A DNA stretch of 64,000 nt from the human T2T-CHM13v2.0 reference genome, Homo sapiens. The translations under genes and the position numbers were made by a program. The stretch lies in the NCBI RefSeq assembly GCF_009914755.1, contig NC_060930.1; one strand, 5' to 3'. Shown piece by piece: positions 42,278-57,982 of this stretch (the first letter of the stretch is position 1; each line of letters opens with the position of its first letter). A model generated the notes under the pieces. It ran no database searches, was not told the DNA's origin, and worked only from the letters and a program-made list of their open reading frames with translations.

Positions 42278-43589
42278 TACATAAAATGTACCGATGAATG
42301 CTAAAAAATAAAATAAAATAAATTCTAAATCCATATATCTTAAAATGAAAATTTGAATGACAAATTAAAATAATTAAAATATTTTGTCACACTTTCCTCA
42401 GTATGTTTGTGTAAATTCAAAATGTGCATTCTGTTTTTGAAAAAAATCTCATATAGTACATTGTTTTCCTTATTGCTTAAAACACGTTTGTAGGAGGAAT
42501 ATAATGACATTATAAACCACTTAACTTTCATTTATTGGGATAATTAACATTTCAAAATAATTAGTTTTAGATGTGGTTTATGGGAAATATGCTTTCGAAG
42601 AATGGCCTGAAACTTTATCTATTTGGATATTTTGTTATAGCATTTTAATAAAGAAACAGACTGATTTTAAATGACAGTTGTAATTTTCAATTTCAGTTCT
42701 GAAAAGCAGGGTTTTATAATCTATTTTTCCAAGTCATATATCTGAAATACGATCTCCATTTTTATTTGCATTTGGTTTATATACTAAGTATAAAAAGTTT
42801 GCTTTTACTTACATAAAAACATTAAAGAAAATTAAATAGTATACATCAAATGTTAAAATAAAAAATTTAAATGTTTTTACATATTATAATAGTATTACAA
42901 TATAGAATTAAGAAGCCATATAATAGTATTTTGTAACATGCTCATATAAGATACTGGCTTTAAAATTAACATCATGTAAAAATGATAAAGACATGTAAAA
43001 ATTCCTTCCAAATTTGGTAAGATTTCATATTGCTATAATATACAAAAAATCAGGAAATTTTTGCTACAAGCCAAAGTATAAGTAAAATTTTTGCTATAAG
43101 TGAAATTAGATAATGTAATTATTTATATATTGGAAAAATCTATCTTAGTGCATGCGTGAATGCGTCTCTAGATAGATAAGAATGTATTGTAATTTTTGAG
43201 ACCAGGTAAAATATAAGCCTGAATTATGACACTACAGTGACAATGGGGATAGAAAATGATTCAATATATAACATCTTAAGAGGGCAGGACCTTTAATATT
43301 ATAGCAATGACTAGCTATAGCTTTAGGGAGAAAGATTCTAGAATGTGTTGCATTTTTGCTTCTTTAATTTGGCTTATATTCTCACTCACTCAAATAACCC
43401 ATGACTCAGAATGTTTAGAGAGGAACCTGTATCACTGTAGAAGGAAGGGAGGAGAAAGAGCTAGAAACAGATGAATTATTATGAATTTAGTTCTGAACTT
43501 GCTGAGTTAGAGATTCTATGAGACATCAGGTTGTAGTTGACAAATGTGTGTGTAGGAAGTCAAGCTTGGGATAGAGAATTTGGAGTTAT

Positions 43590-43830
43590 GGTGGTCATTA
43601 GTATTGCTTTCTGGGTACTATGCTGTGCTAATTATTTTATATTTATTATTTCTTTTAATCTACCAAATGGATTCAGATGTTAAACTCTATTTTCGCGTTT
43701 GAGGGATGAATTCTCAGATGGACATGGATATAAAGTGTGTTTCCCAAAGTTGCAAAGTTGAGTGGTAAATGGCAGAACTTCAAGTTCCGGTCTACCTTAT
43801 GCAAATTCTGTGTGAGTACCCCCTGCAATA
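43590..43830 (-). mobile_element. MIR fragment
   Basis: tactatgctgtgctaa..ttaatct..tttcccaaagttgcaaag..taaatggcagaac core. Confidence 0.5.
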
Positions 43831-45344
43831 TACAGATCACATTTAGTAGCACGAAGACATGAAGAGATGAAATTAGCTCTGGGAAACCTCAGCATTTAAA
43901 ATGCAGAAAGAAACATCTGCAAAGAAGACAGAACATTAGGGGGAAACCCAAGAAAGAGAAAAGTCTGGAGAAAAAAAGTGGAGTGGCAAATATGTGCAAT
44001 TTATCAGTGAGCTTGATTTTGAACACCAAAAATAAAAAAGAGCAAAATAATGAGAATATATTGCAGAGAATGAACACAGTGGCCACGGATGACTATGTTA
44101 CAAGTTGAGTCTTCAATTATGACATAAACTGTGATAGAAGATTATCAAAAATGTTTTACTCTTTCAAGTAAGTTGCAAGTGTCCTCTGGTGAGAGACAGT
44201 TCTCATCAGTCAGAACAGTACACATTCTACAAGTGACAGCCTTCTATTTTTGTTAAAAGTGAATATATTCTGTTTTTGAATAAGGTAGGTTAGAAATGAA
44301 CACAGGTGATAATACTTTATTCTAAATTTTCTAATGTTTGCTCAAAAGATTGCAACTGTGTGTGGCCAAAAGGCTTAGGGATACAATGATGTCAATTATA
44401 GACATATCTGATTCTCTGGCTCAAAAGCCAACTTTTTCTAATATTACACACTGAAAAGAAAGGATCTTTATTTCTATAAATTTTTTTTCTTTTTCATAGG
44501 CACAATTCAGGTGCAACATAAAAGGAACTTCTGCTTAAAATGGTCTAGTATTACTTTAATGTAAAATGTTTCATGGAGGGTGACAAACAAAATTTAACAG
44601 ATTGAAATTTGAGAAATATGCTGCTGTAAATGAGAAGTCTTGATATACTAAGAACTCAGAGAGCAATGATGAATTTCAATCTTTACTTTCTGTTATTTTA
44701 TCTCTGATTCTATAAGTTCAAGTATCAAGCTTTTCCTAATAACAGCTCCTAGTACTTATTGGGAATTTAACTCTCTTAGGTGTTCTTTATTTTTTATACA
44801 TCCATGTTTAACCTTTTTCTTTTATTAAGACAATTAATAAATGTAAAAATCCATATATTTTTGGTGGTGCTTTGGTATATGTATACATATGAAAGATTAA
44901 ATCAAATTTAAATCAAGCTAAGTGACATAACCATAACCTTACATATTTATCTTTTTTGCTGTGAGAACATTCAAGATCTACTTATTTACCAATTTTCAAG
45001 AATACAATACATTGTTATTAAATCTAGTCACCATGCGATACCATAGATATCCAGAACATATTCCTCCTATCTGACTGAAGATGTTTACCCTTTGACCAAA
45101 ATCTCTGTATTTCCACTCCCATCCCCAAGATCCAACAACCACCCTTCTGTATCCATGTGTTTTCATCTTTTAGCACCATTGTGTCTGCCGCCTGTATGAA
45201 TTCAACTTTTTTATATTCCACGTGTAAGTGAGATCAGGCAGTGTTAGTCTTTCTGTTCCTGGCTTATTTACATAGCATAATGTCCTTCAGGTTTCTCCAT
45301 GCTGTTGCAAATAACAAGGTTTCTTTCTCTTTTAATTCCATTGA

Positions 45345-45348
<4 letters not shown>

Positions 45349-45377
<29 letters not shown>
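45349..45377. repeat. (TG)n microsatellite within L1MA
   Basis: Directly visible. Confidence 0.9.
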
Positions 45378-45380
<3 letters not shown>

Positions 45381-48033
45381 ATCACATTTTCTTTTTCCAT
45401 TCATTTGTTGATGGACACAGGTTGATTTTATAAATTGGCTATTGTGAATAATGCTGCAATGAACATGGAAATGAAGATATTTCTTCAGCAAATGGATTTA
45501 TTTTCCTTTGAACATATACTCAGCAGTAGGATTTCTGGATCATATTGTAATTCCAGTTTTAATGTCTTGAAGAAGCTTTATACTGCTTTCCATAAATGCT
45601 GTACTAATTTGCAATCCCACCAACAGTATACAAGGTTTCTCTTTTCTTCACTTCTACATCAATACTTGTTTTCTTTCATCTTTTTGATAATAGCCATTCT
45701 AACAGGTGTGAGGTGATATCTCCTTGTGGTTTTGATTTGCATTTCTCTGATAAATAATGATGTTAAATATATTTTTATATATCTGTTGGCCATCTGTGGG
45801 TCTTCTTTTGAGAAATATCTATTCTGATTCTTTGCCTATTTTTTAATCAGGGCATTTGGGAGTTTTATTTGCTATTAGAGTGTGATTTGCAAATACATTC
45901 TTCAGTTCCCTAGATTATCTCTTCACTCTGCTGTTTCCTTTGCTGTACAGAGCTTTTGAGTTTTAAGTTTTATTTAATTCCATTGGACTATTTTTGCTTT
46001 TGTTACCTGTGATTTTTGGGTCATGCCTCCCCACAAAATATTACTCAGACCAATGTTCTGGAAGTCTTCCTGTATTCCATTAGTGATTTCATAGTTTCAG
46101 GTCTTAGGTTTAAGTCTTGTCCATTTGGGGTTGATTTTTGTAAACGGTGGAGATAAGGGACTGTCCTTTCCCTACTGTAGATTTTTGGTAACTTTATCAA
46201 AGATCACTTCACCATAAATAAGTGGATTTATTTAAGAGGCTTCTCCTCTCATATTGGTCTATATATCTGCATTTTGTCAGTAGAATGTTGCTTACATTAT
46301 TATAATTTTGTAGTAAATTTTGAGATCAGGTAGTATGATGTCTTTAGCTTTTTTCTATTTATTCAACAGTGATTTCCCTATTTAGAGAGTTTATGGTTTC
46401 ATACAATTTTAGAATTTAGGTTTTTTCTATTTCTGTGAAAAAACTGAATTTTAATAAGGATTACATTGACTCTGCAGATTACTTTGAGTATTTATGGCAT
46501 TTTAACAATATTAATTTTCCAACTCATGAACATGAGATCTCTTTCCATTTATTTGTGTTTTCTTCATTTTCTTCTATCAGTGTTTTATAGTTTTCAGTGT
46601 ACAGATCTTTCACCTCCTTGGTTAAAATTTGTTCCTAAGATTTTTTAAATACTACTGTAAATGGGATTGCTTTTTTGATATCTTTTTCAGATAGTTTGTT
46701 GTTAGTGTACAGAAACACTACTGAAACTTTTATGTTAATTTTGGATCCTCTACCTTTACTGAATTTATTAGTTCTAACAGTTTTTTTGGTGGTGTCTTTA
46801 GGGTTTTCTATATAAGATCATGTTATCTGCAAACAAGGACAATTTAACTGCTTCCTTTCCAACCTGGATGCTCTTTATTTCCTTTTCTTGCTTGATTGCT
46901 CTGGCTAGGACATTCAGTAATATGCTGAATAGAAGTGGCGTGAGCGAGTACTCTTGTCTAGTTTCTAATCTTAGAAAAAGATTTCAACTTTTCACCTTTG
47001 AGTGTGATGTTAACTTTGGGTTTATAATATACGGGCTTTATTATGTTGAGACAGATTACTTCTATACCTAATTTGGTGAGAGTTTTTTATCATGAAAAAA
47101 TGCTAAATGTTGTCAAATGCTTTTTCTGCATGTAGTAAGATGATCATTTTGGTTTTGTTCTTTGTTCTGTTAATGTGATGTATCACATTTACTGATTTAC
47201 ATAAATGGGAACATCCTTGCATTCTAGTGATAAATCCTACTTGATGTTGAAAGATGTTTTAACATGTTTTTGAATTCAGTTTGTTAGTATTTTGTGGGCA
47301 AGTTTTAGAACTATGTTCATGAGGGATATTGATTGGCCTGTAATAGTTGATTTTTTTCTTGCAATGTCCTTGCCTGGCTTTCATATTAGGGAAATTCTGG
47401 TCTCATAAGATGAGTTAGAAAGTGTTCCCTCCTCTTCAATTTTTTGGATGAGTTTGAGAAGGACTGATATTAATTCTTCCTTAATTGTTTCATAGAATTC
47501 AGTAGTGAAGGCATCAGGGTCCTAGAATTTACTCTGATGGAAGATTTTTATTGCTGATTTAGCCTAGTTACTTGTTATTGCTCTGTTCATCTTTTTTGTT
47601 TCTTAATGATTCCGTCTTGGTAAGTTATATCTTTCTACAACTTTAAGCCTTTCTTCTATATTATCCAATTTGTTGATATATAATGGTTCATACAAGACTT
47701 TTATGGTTCTTTATATTTCTGTGGTATCAATTGTAGTGTCACCTTTTTGATTTCTGATTTTATTTCTTTGGGTCTTCTCTTTTTATTTCTTAGTAGTCTA
47801 GCTAAGGGTTTTTCAGTATTGTTTATTTTTTCAAAAAATAAACTTTTAATTTAATTTTATTATCTTTCCAGTCTCTGTTTAACTTACTTTTGCTCTGATA
47901 ATTGTTATTTTTTTCCTTCTACTAACTCTGGGTTTACTTTGTTCTTCCTTTTCTAGTTTCTTGAATTGTACCATCAGGTGATTTGAGAGCTCTCTACTTT
48001 TTTAATGTAAGCATTTAATTTATTGGGTATGCA

Positions 48034-48328
48034 TTTATTTATTTATTTTGAGATGGAGTCTCACTTGGCCACCCAGGCTGGAGTGCAGAGGTGCAATCTC
48101 AGCTTACTGCAACCTCTGCCTCTGAGGTTCAAGCGATTCTCCTGCCTCAGCCTCCCTAGTAGCTGGGACTACAGGTGCTCACCACCATGCCCGGCTAATT
48201 TTTGTATTTTTAGTAGAGATGTTGTTTTGTCATGTTGGCAAGGCTGGTCTTGAACTCCTGACCTCAGGCTATCTGCCTGTCTTGGCTTCCCAAAGTAATG
48301 GGATTACAGGTGTGAGCCACTGCACCCG
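48034..48328 (-). mobile_element. AluS nested in L1MA
   Basis: Full reverse Alu dimer. Confidence 0.93.
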
Positions 48329-51300
48329 TGTTACAAACCTCCCCTTTAGAATGGCTTTTGCTGCATCCTATGTTTCAGTATGTTCGTTTCCTTTTTTGTT
48401 GACCTCAAGATACTTTAAAATTTTTCTTTTACTTTCTTCTTTGACCTACTGGTTGTTCAGGAGTTTATAGTTTAATTTCCACATATTTGTAAATTTTCTA
48501 AAATTATCTCCTTTTGTTTATTTCTACTTTCATACCTCTGTGTCAGAAAAAATACTTGATATGATTTCAATCTTCTTAAATTTGTTGACTGATTTTGTAG
48601 TCTAATATTCAATCTATCCTGGAGAATATTCCATTACACTTTAGAAGAATGTGTATTCTACTGCTGTCGGATAGAATGTTGTGTATATGTCTGTTAGGTC
48701 TATTTGTTCTAAAGTGTAATTTGAGTCCACTATTTTCTTATTGATTTTCTGTCTGGATGATCTATCGCTCTTTAAAATGCGGTATGAAAATTCCTACTAC
48801 AATTGTATTTCACTTCTCTCTCCCATTGTATCTGTTAATATTTGTTTTATATATTTAGCTGCTCCAATATTGGGTGCATATATATTTACATTTGTTATAT
48901 CCTGTTCATGAATTAACCCCTTTATTTTTACATAATTATTTTCCTTGTTTCTTTACAGTTTTTGATCTAAAGTCTACATTGTCAGATATAAATAACTTCC
49001 CCTACAATATTTTGGCTTCCATTTGCATGAAATATCTTTTTCCATCCCTTCATTTCCAGTCTATGTGTTCCTTATGGGTAAAGTGAGACTTTTGTAAGCA
49101 GCATATATTTGGGTATTTTTTTTTTATTTTTATACATCCATTCAGTCACTGTATGTCTTTTGTTGTACTTACTAGTGAGTATTGTACTTTCATGTTACTA
49201 ATTATCATCCATTTTTTTTCACCTTGAAAAAGTCCCATTAGCATTTCTTGAAAGGCATATCCAGTGATGATGACCTTCCTCAGCTTTATTTGTCTGGGAA
49301 AGACTTTTTTTCTCCTTCATTTCAGAAGGACATCTTTGTGAGTTAAAGTATTCTTTCTTGGCAAAATAACCACATTCTTGTTCCCTTTCATCACTTCGAT
49401 TAGATAATCCCACTGTTTTCTGGCTTGCAAAGTTTCTGCTGATAAATCCACTGGTTGCCTTATAGAGGATCTCTTATATGTGAATAACTGTTTTTCTCTT
49501 GCTGCTTTCAATATTATTGCTTTGTCTTTGATTTTTGATAGTTTGACTGTAATATGTCTTGGTATAGCATTCTTTGGATTGTACATGATTGAGACATTTA
49601 AACCTCCTCTGGCTAGGTATTTATATCTTTTTGCAGACATGAAATGCTTTAAGTCAATATCTCCTTAAATATGCATTCCGTCCATTCCATCTATTCTCTC
49701 CTTCTTTTTAAAATTCTATAATGTAAATGGTAGCTCTCTTGCTGTCCCATAAATCTCATAGGCTTTCTTCACTTCTTTCCATTCTTTTTTTCCCTCTGAC
49801 TGTGTACTTTTAAGTAATTGTCTTTAAGTTAACTGGTTCTTTCGCCAGTCAATTCTGCTGCTGACTGACTCTTTTTCATTTTATTCATTGCATTCTTCAG
49901 CTTCATAATTACTGTTTGGTTCTTTTTGTATAATGCCAATCTCTCTGTTAAACATTTTCTGGATGTTGTTTAATTGTCAGTTTGTGTTGACTTGTAGTGT
50001 GCTGAACTCCTTAAAACAATTATTTTGAATTATTTGTCTGACAATTCACATATCTTAATTTCTTTGGTGTAAATCACAGGAAAATTATTGTGTTCTTTTT
50101 GTGGTGTTGATTCCTTGGTCTTCTATAGTTCTTGTTACCTTTCATTAATGTATGTACATTTCACCCCTTGCCAACTTTATGGATTGATTTTACACTGGAA
50201 AGTCCTTCCCTACAGGTATAAGTGATGGCACTGTCTACGATGGGTACAGATGTTCTGGCTCTGATGAGAATGCAGTGGTCATAGTCTCTGTGAAGCTTAT
50301 CAGCTGATGTTGGTGTCAGCAAAAACCCCAGGGATCTTTAACAGCCAAGGCTGTGGCTATCTGCACCAATAACAAAGGCTTTTATAGACTTTTTTTCTTC
50401 CACTGGGAAGTCATGGCTAAAGGAGTCTCTCTTCGCGTTGGGTCTAGCTTGTGGTTGTGTTCCCAGGAACACTGGCAATAGTGTCTAATGCACAACGTCC
50501 TTGGAGTGGCCACAGACCTAAGGCCTGAAGCACAGGTCTGAAGGGACCTAAAAGGCCTGAAGAGACCAAGTTTCTAGGTCCAGGGTGGTGGTGACACCAA
50601 TGTTTGTGACACAGACACACCTGCTGCGACACTGGTAACAATGTGTGAAGCACAAGTGCTTGTGGAGCATCTGGGAAGCCAGAATCGAAAGTGTGAGCAT
50701 GCGCTGAGTTACAGTGACTTGAAGCCAGGGAGGTGAACTAACCCATAGCAGCAATGACTCTGGCATCTGAGGTATGGTGCTCACAGTCCATCTCTAGAGC
50801 CAGTATATGCAGTGCAGGCACATGAGGAGCTACGGTGGCTCCAGGGACTAGCTTCTTGTGATGATAGCTCAATTGTTAGCAGCGCAGACACTCACAGAAA
50901 GGTTGTAAAACTGCTCTCCATAGTGTGGGTGCACAGAGCAACTGGGGTCCCAAGGCCTGGGAAAGTGTTAGCCCTATCAGTGGTGGCTTCTTTGTTTGAA
51001 GTATGAGTTCATGCAATGTGGCCACAGACCTGTGGTTTTGAATGTAGGCAAGCACAGAACATCTACGGACAAGTGTCTGGGGTGTGGGCTCCCACTGGGT
51101 GAATATAGCCCTGGGACTGGGGTGCATGCAGGGTTGAGAGGGGTACTAGTTTCTGCCCTGAGTTGCCAGGGCAGCAGTTCTTTTTTCAGTGGAGAGAACA
51201 CAGCACTGTTTCCTTCTCAGGGGACTTTACGATGGAGATGGTTGTCTCAGTGATGAAAGCAGGCAGTGTCTTCTGCAGAGGTGAGTTCTAGGGACTGTGG

Positions 51301-51908
51301 TGGCAACCACTGTGTGACTGAGGCTGTCAGCTTACACACTTCTTTGTTCCCAGGGATCTCCATATACCTCAGGTATGACAATCTCCTTAGTGATCATTTC
51401 TGTGCTTATATATAAATATGTATATATAAATATGTTGTGTGTATATGTGTATATATACACGTACATATGTGTATTTATATATCAATATATATATTGATTT
51501 TCTTCTTTATGGTTCAATACGGAAGGGTCAAATTTGCTATTAACATTCAATATTATTATGTTATAATATCTAAAGTAAGAAACAACTTTTGACCAGTAAG
51601 ATTATGTGTAGATGTATCATGTATCACTATATATTAAGTATTACAAATTTTAGAAGAAGTAGAGTGAGGGAAAATCAGTTGGAAAGGTTTCTGTTGCAGG
51701 CACACAATTGGTTCCTCTAAAAAAGGAAAACATATGTTTGTTTGTTTTTCTTGCTTTTGTACGACCCAAATTTCATTACTACCAATGGAACTGTAGTTTG
51801 AAGCCTATCAGTTTCAATTAGTTCACCTCAAACCTGGTCAGAGAAGACAGAATACAAAAAAAAAAAAAAAAAAAAAGGTTATTTCTCCCTTATGCCTCTG
51901 AAGACACA

Positions 51909-52698
<790 letters not shown>

Positions 52699-52976
52699 TA
52701 TATCTTCAGAACTATTAACCTTGAAAACAACCAAATTCTGTAAAACCTTTAAATATATATAAAAGATTATTGATATAAATTGATAAAAAAGACTTTACTT
52801 CATTTGTTAACATGTCAATGTTTTTAAATTATTGATTCATTCAATAAATTTATTAATAAACACACATTGTGTATGTAACTAAATGTATGTTGACAAAATA
52901 AATTCTGTAGTTTAATATTATTTTATGTATAAAATGTTCCTTGAAGTCATGCAGGCCTTCTGTTTCTAAGGTTCAC

Positions 52977-53206
52977 CTTAGCAGTCCAGAAAAATCCTCA
53001 TGAGTCAACAACAGGAATCTGTTGTTGAGTTGTAGAGTTTGAAATAAATAGTAATAAATAACGAAGTTTGTTGCTAACTGGATGGTACGTATTTTCTCAT
53101 TTTTGTAAGACTATTGAAGTTCAAATCTTGTGGAGTTTGCTGTTACTATAAGATATCTTCATTGGGAAAAGCAGAGAAGAGCAATTGGGTGTTCATACAA
53201 ATAGAA
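52977..53206 (-). pseudogene. Pseudo-exon 3
   Basis: Strong acceptor ttttgttttatttttag, donor AAG|gtgaac; ends FQTLQLNNRFLLLTHEDFSGLL, then AG+G = R into exon 4; start phase ambiguous (needs one frameshift to join exon 2). Confidence 0.62.
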
Positions 53207-54170
53207 CTAAAAATAAAACAAAATATTTTCCTCCCTTTGTGGATTGAAAGATTGCATGGGTGAAAATGATCAATTTTATTGACTCTAGTTTCCTATCTAA
53301 AGACTCCCAGACCTTGCGTCTATGATGTGATAGAACCTGTTAGAAACGAAAAAGAAAAGTTTCAAAAGTAAAGACAGCTGGCATTACATGGTGATTTATT
53401 GGAGTCTAGCTTACACACACTGTTTCCCTTACTGATGGTAACTGGTCTGTACTCCTGAGATTACTTTTGGTAACCTATTAGTGACTTCTACTTGACTTAT
53501 AAAAATAACTTGGCTAAATTATTTGATAGTCTTTGTGTTGAAAATTTATTATTTTTTATAATATTTAAAGAACTGAAGGGCATCTATATTTAGAAACACT
53601 AAAATCACTTCAAAATAAACAACACTATATTTAACATATATTTAGGAGAAATTAAGAATTCACATGTTTTCACAAGCTCCAGAGTGAAAGAAACTATTTA
53701 ATTTGGAAGAAAAGGGGATTGACCTGATGATCAGGAATAAAGCCAGGGGCAAAAATTCAATCTTCATTTCTTCACATATTCAAAAGGGATTGTGCTAAAA
53801 ATCTATCCTTTCACTTAACTATTATGTGAGTCTACGAAATATCAAGTAATTGTGATCTTTAGTTCTCTACAAATGTTTGAAATAAATCTGAGATTTAGTG
53901 TATTTTGTGAAGATAAATTCTGATGAGGTACATATTATCTTTTCATTTAAGTGAAGTAAAATTTATTTTATTAATAAAATATACTACTAGAATATTATTA
54001 CTAAAGATGAAACTAAATATGCTTTATTTTTCAGTTCTTAAGTCACTGAAATACAGCAGGTGTTCTAAATGAGGCAATAAAATTGGCACTACACCTCACA
54101 GTATTATTGTTCAGACTTAATTCCTGAAATAAAGCAATGATACATGAAATATATTCAATAATGTGCTCTA

Positions 54171-54503
<333 letters not shown>

Positions 54504-55139
54504 CTGTTTGCCTATTATTTTTAATAAGTCTGTGTATTTAGTCCACTATATTGATGATTGAAGGGATATAAAAATGATTCTATCACTATCTGAAAAAAGT
54601 TAATTTATAGATTTACTAATTAATTTCTTACAGAATGATTTACATGATATTTACTTTCAGAATTAAATGAGAATGTTTGTATTTTTAAAAATGTAAAAGA
54701 ATTACGTTATTAAATAGTATATATTTTTTATCTTTGTTGTGTGACAGTTTGTTTATATACCCATTTAATTAAGCTTATTAATGCATTTTTTTAAAGATAT
54801 TCCTTATTCATTACCAATGTATTCTTGGCCTATCAGATCATAATTTTTTACTGTGAGTATGGATGCTTTCTAACAGTTCTAAAAAGTTCTGATTTATTTT
54901 GATACTGTTAGATGCACATACAGGTTTATGAATGTTGTATTTTAAATTATTTTAATAATAAGTTACTAATTTTATTACTATTTTGCTTCAATTTCGTTCA
55001 TGGTCAATGTAGGAATAGAAACTTTGAGAGGCTATTTCTCAAAATATTGACTTTTTCAAAATCTTTTTCGTTTGCAAAAACACACTTATTCTCTACATTG
55101 CGTCCACTTTGTACGCTTCGGTTTGAGTGATTTTCTTAA

Positions 55140-55470
55140 TAACAAAGTTCACATGTTCACTGAATATCTACTCTGTGCCAGGGACTGCTGTTCTACATGC
55201 AATCAGTCATGTCAACAAACGTGTTTGCCTCCATGGAACTTGAATTCCAGTGAAGTAAACAGAGAATAAATGGTTCAAACAATAAAAAATAGAATACACT
55301 TGATGACAATAACTGCACTAAAAAAGTCAGAGGAAGGAAATAGAAATGTCTGGTATGAGGTTGGAGACTCCAGAGTTTAAGTAGAGTGGCTAAGACTACA
55401 CTGAAAAAAAAAAAATGACGTTTAAGGAAAGACCCAAGAAGATGAGAGCTAAGGCAAGAGTTATCTAAGG
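55140..55470 (-). mobile_element. L2 3' fragment
   Basis: atgttcactgaatatctactctgtgccagggactgct..tgcctccatggaacttgaattccag. Confidence 0.65.
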
Positions 55471-56209
55471 CAAACTGCTCAACTTAAAGACAAAAGAAGC
55501 CAAGGCTATAAGCTTTTGGGTCCTTTTTTAAGGGCCCAATAATAACATCGTATGCCTGAGTCACAGATTAAGAGTCACACTAATAGACAAAAAAGGTAAT
55601 TTCACCGATAAAATTAATATTGGAGAATATGGCTTAGTTTTTGCAAATTAAAGGCCAAATCAATATTACTCAAAGTGTAGATAGAGCCAATGCCACTAAG
55701 AGAGTGCCCGGCCAAGAGCAAACTAGAACATATTCTCTTAGCAGCTAACAGATTTCAAAAGAGAAGAGGGTGCTAATTCATGCATTTTAAGTCTCTTTTC
55801 CCCAAACAGCCACCAGAAAAGATAATGGGGCATGAAACCACAAGTTTAGGAAGCTCCATCCCCTAAGAGCTCTATGAATAAACATGCCAAATTACATGAC
55901 CAGAACATTTAACTTGTAATCTAATATCAACACATAGATTTATGGTAATTCTTACAAGTTCTTCAAGAACAATGAGTAAGTAGCTGATTTTTTCACACAG
56001 ACACTGTGATTTACAGAAATAAGAAGGAAGACAAAATAAACACTACTTATAGTCCAGTCCACTCATAATGGTATGGAATTACACATAGAATTTAGGAACT
56101 TTGTTATATTTAAATGTGTTTATACATTTAACCACATACAGTATTTTAATAACAAAATGAAGTATAAAGTATAATTTTAATACTAGTTCCTAAAATATTC
56201 AATTTTTAA

Positions 56210-56620
<411 letters not shown>

Positions 56621-56757
56621 GTTTTCTTATATTTCTGTTGGAATTTTCGGAATTTTCTTTAGTATCTGCTTCGAGTAAACCAGACTCCAGCATGCTACAT
56701 CTTCTGCCCAGTCTGTACAAGTATGTTATTAACATTTCCATGAAAAAATAAACCCAG

Positions 56758-57162
56758 TGTATTAGTCAGAGTTCCCTATGGAAACAGAACCAATGGGATA
56801 TTGATATTGAAACAGAAACAGAGATTATAGCCCTTGGCTCATAGTTAAGGCCGAGAAGTTCAACAGTCTGCCAACTGCAGGCTAGAGAAACAGAAAACTG
56901 ATGGTATGATACAGTCCAAGTTCAAAGCCGCAAGAACCAGAAGCTCTGACATCTGAGGAAATTTTATCGGAGAGAGTGAATTCACCCTTTTTCTACTATT
57001 TTGTTCTATTCAGGCTCTCAACAGGTTGAATGATGCCCACTCACATATCTTTATTCAGTCTAACATTTGAAACCGTCATAGACACACACAAAAATAATGT
57101 TTTTTCAGCTATCTTGGCATCCCTTAGCCAAGTCAACCTGACATATAATACTAATCATCACA
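56758..57162 (-). mobile_element. MLT2B-like ERVL solo LTR
   Basis: tgtattagtcag...aatcatcaca termini; perfect 5-bp TSD cccag. Confidence 0.88.
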
Positions 57163-57876
57163 CCCAGTAATCACAGTTTAAGTCAGTTAACTAACACGTA
57201 ACACAAGATGTGCTCTTACTGTATATGAAATGATGGGAAAAGACCAAAGATTATTTTAGCTTCACTGATGGAGTGAATATATGCTGTTAAGGACTATTTT
57301 TTTGTTTACAGTTGTGCAAACATTTCTTATTTACATAGTAAAATGTTTTTCAATAAAGTGTTATCTGAAATTGTTTTATATGACTAGGATAAATATAAGA
57401 AAATGTTGGTAATAATAACAATATATTAAACAACCTTGCTAATCTACCAAAAAACAAAACTAAACAAATAAATTTGGCCTTAAAGAAATGTACCCCAGAT
57501 ATGAAAGACTTCAGCATAGAAAAAAATAGCAATACTAAAGAAGACATTGATGTCAATTATTTGGTGTCAAATTTGGTGTAGGTTATTGATAAAATATTTA
57601 CTGTACTTTCTGATATGTTTACAATACTCTAAAATGTGGAGATTTAATGTTCTATCTAGACTATGTTTTGAGTAATAAACATTTAAAAGTTATTCTAAAT
57701 ATGTTTATTTAAAGTTGACTTGAAAAACTGGCAATAGATGGTAACATTTTATGGCTTATTTTAGTTAATTTTGGTAATTTAAGAAAATTTTTAGACTTTG
57801 GGATAAGGTCTTCGGACATTACTTAATATATTTTCTATGAATATAAAAGAATATCTTTATAAAAAATAAAGCTCAC

Positions 57877-57982
57877 TTATCACATTTATAAGGTAACTTT
57901 ACCAAATTGGAAATATTGAGAAAATAAACTTGTTTGTTCATTGATAGAGGAACTATCTGATAGATTTATGGTTTTGAACTAC
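57877..57982 (-). pseudogene. Pseudo-exon 2
   Basis: Weak acceptor atatgtaag, donor AA|gtgagc; 106 nt, phase 1 to 2: GSSKP*IYQIVPLSMNKQVYFLNISNLVKLPYKCD. Confidence 0.55.

Larger units (their letters stand above)
44815..51400 (-). mobile_element. Near full-length L1MA8/9-type LINE (3'UTR, ORF2, ORF1, 5' region)
   Basis: 3' end tgtgagaacattcaagatctac..ttcaagaatacaatacattgttatta; ORF1 remnant PRHITVKLSKIKDKAIILKAAREK..DLSAETLQARKQW (49317-49640); GC-richer 5' region 50200-51400. Confidence 0.85.

Noticed and set aside
42278-42322. Possible 3' transduction after the older L1PA tail
   Set aside because: No TSD could be identified to bracket it
44500-44625. Plus-strand exon-like segment after ttttttctttttcatag
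   Set aside because: Weak donor, no protein-like frame and no partner exons
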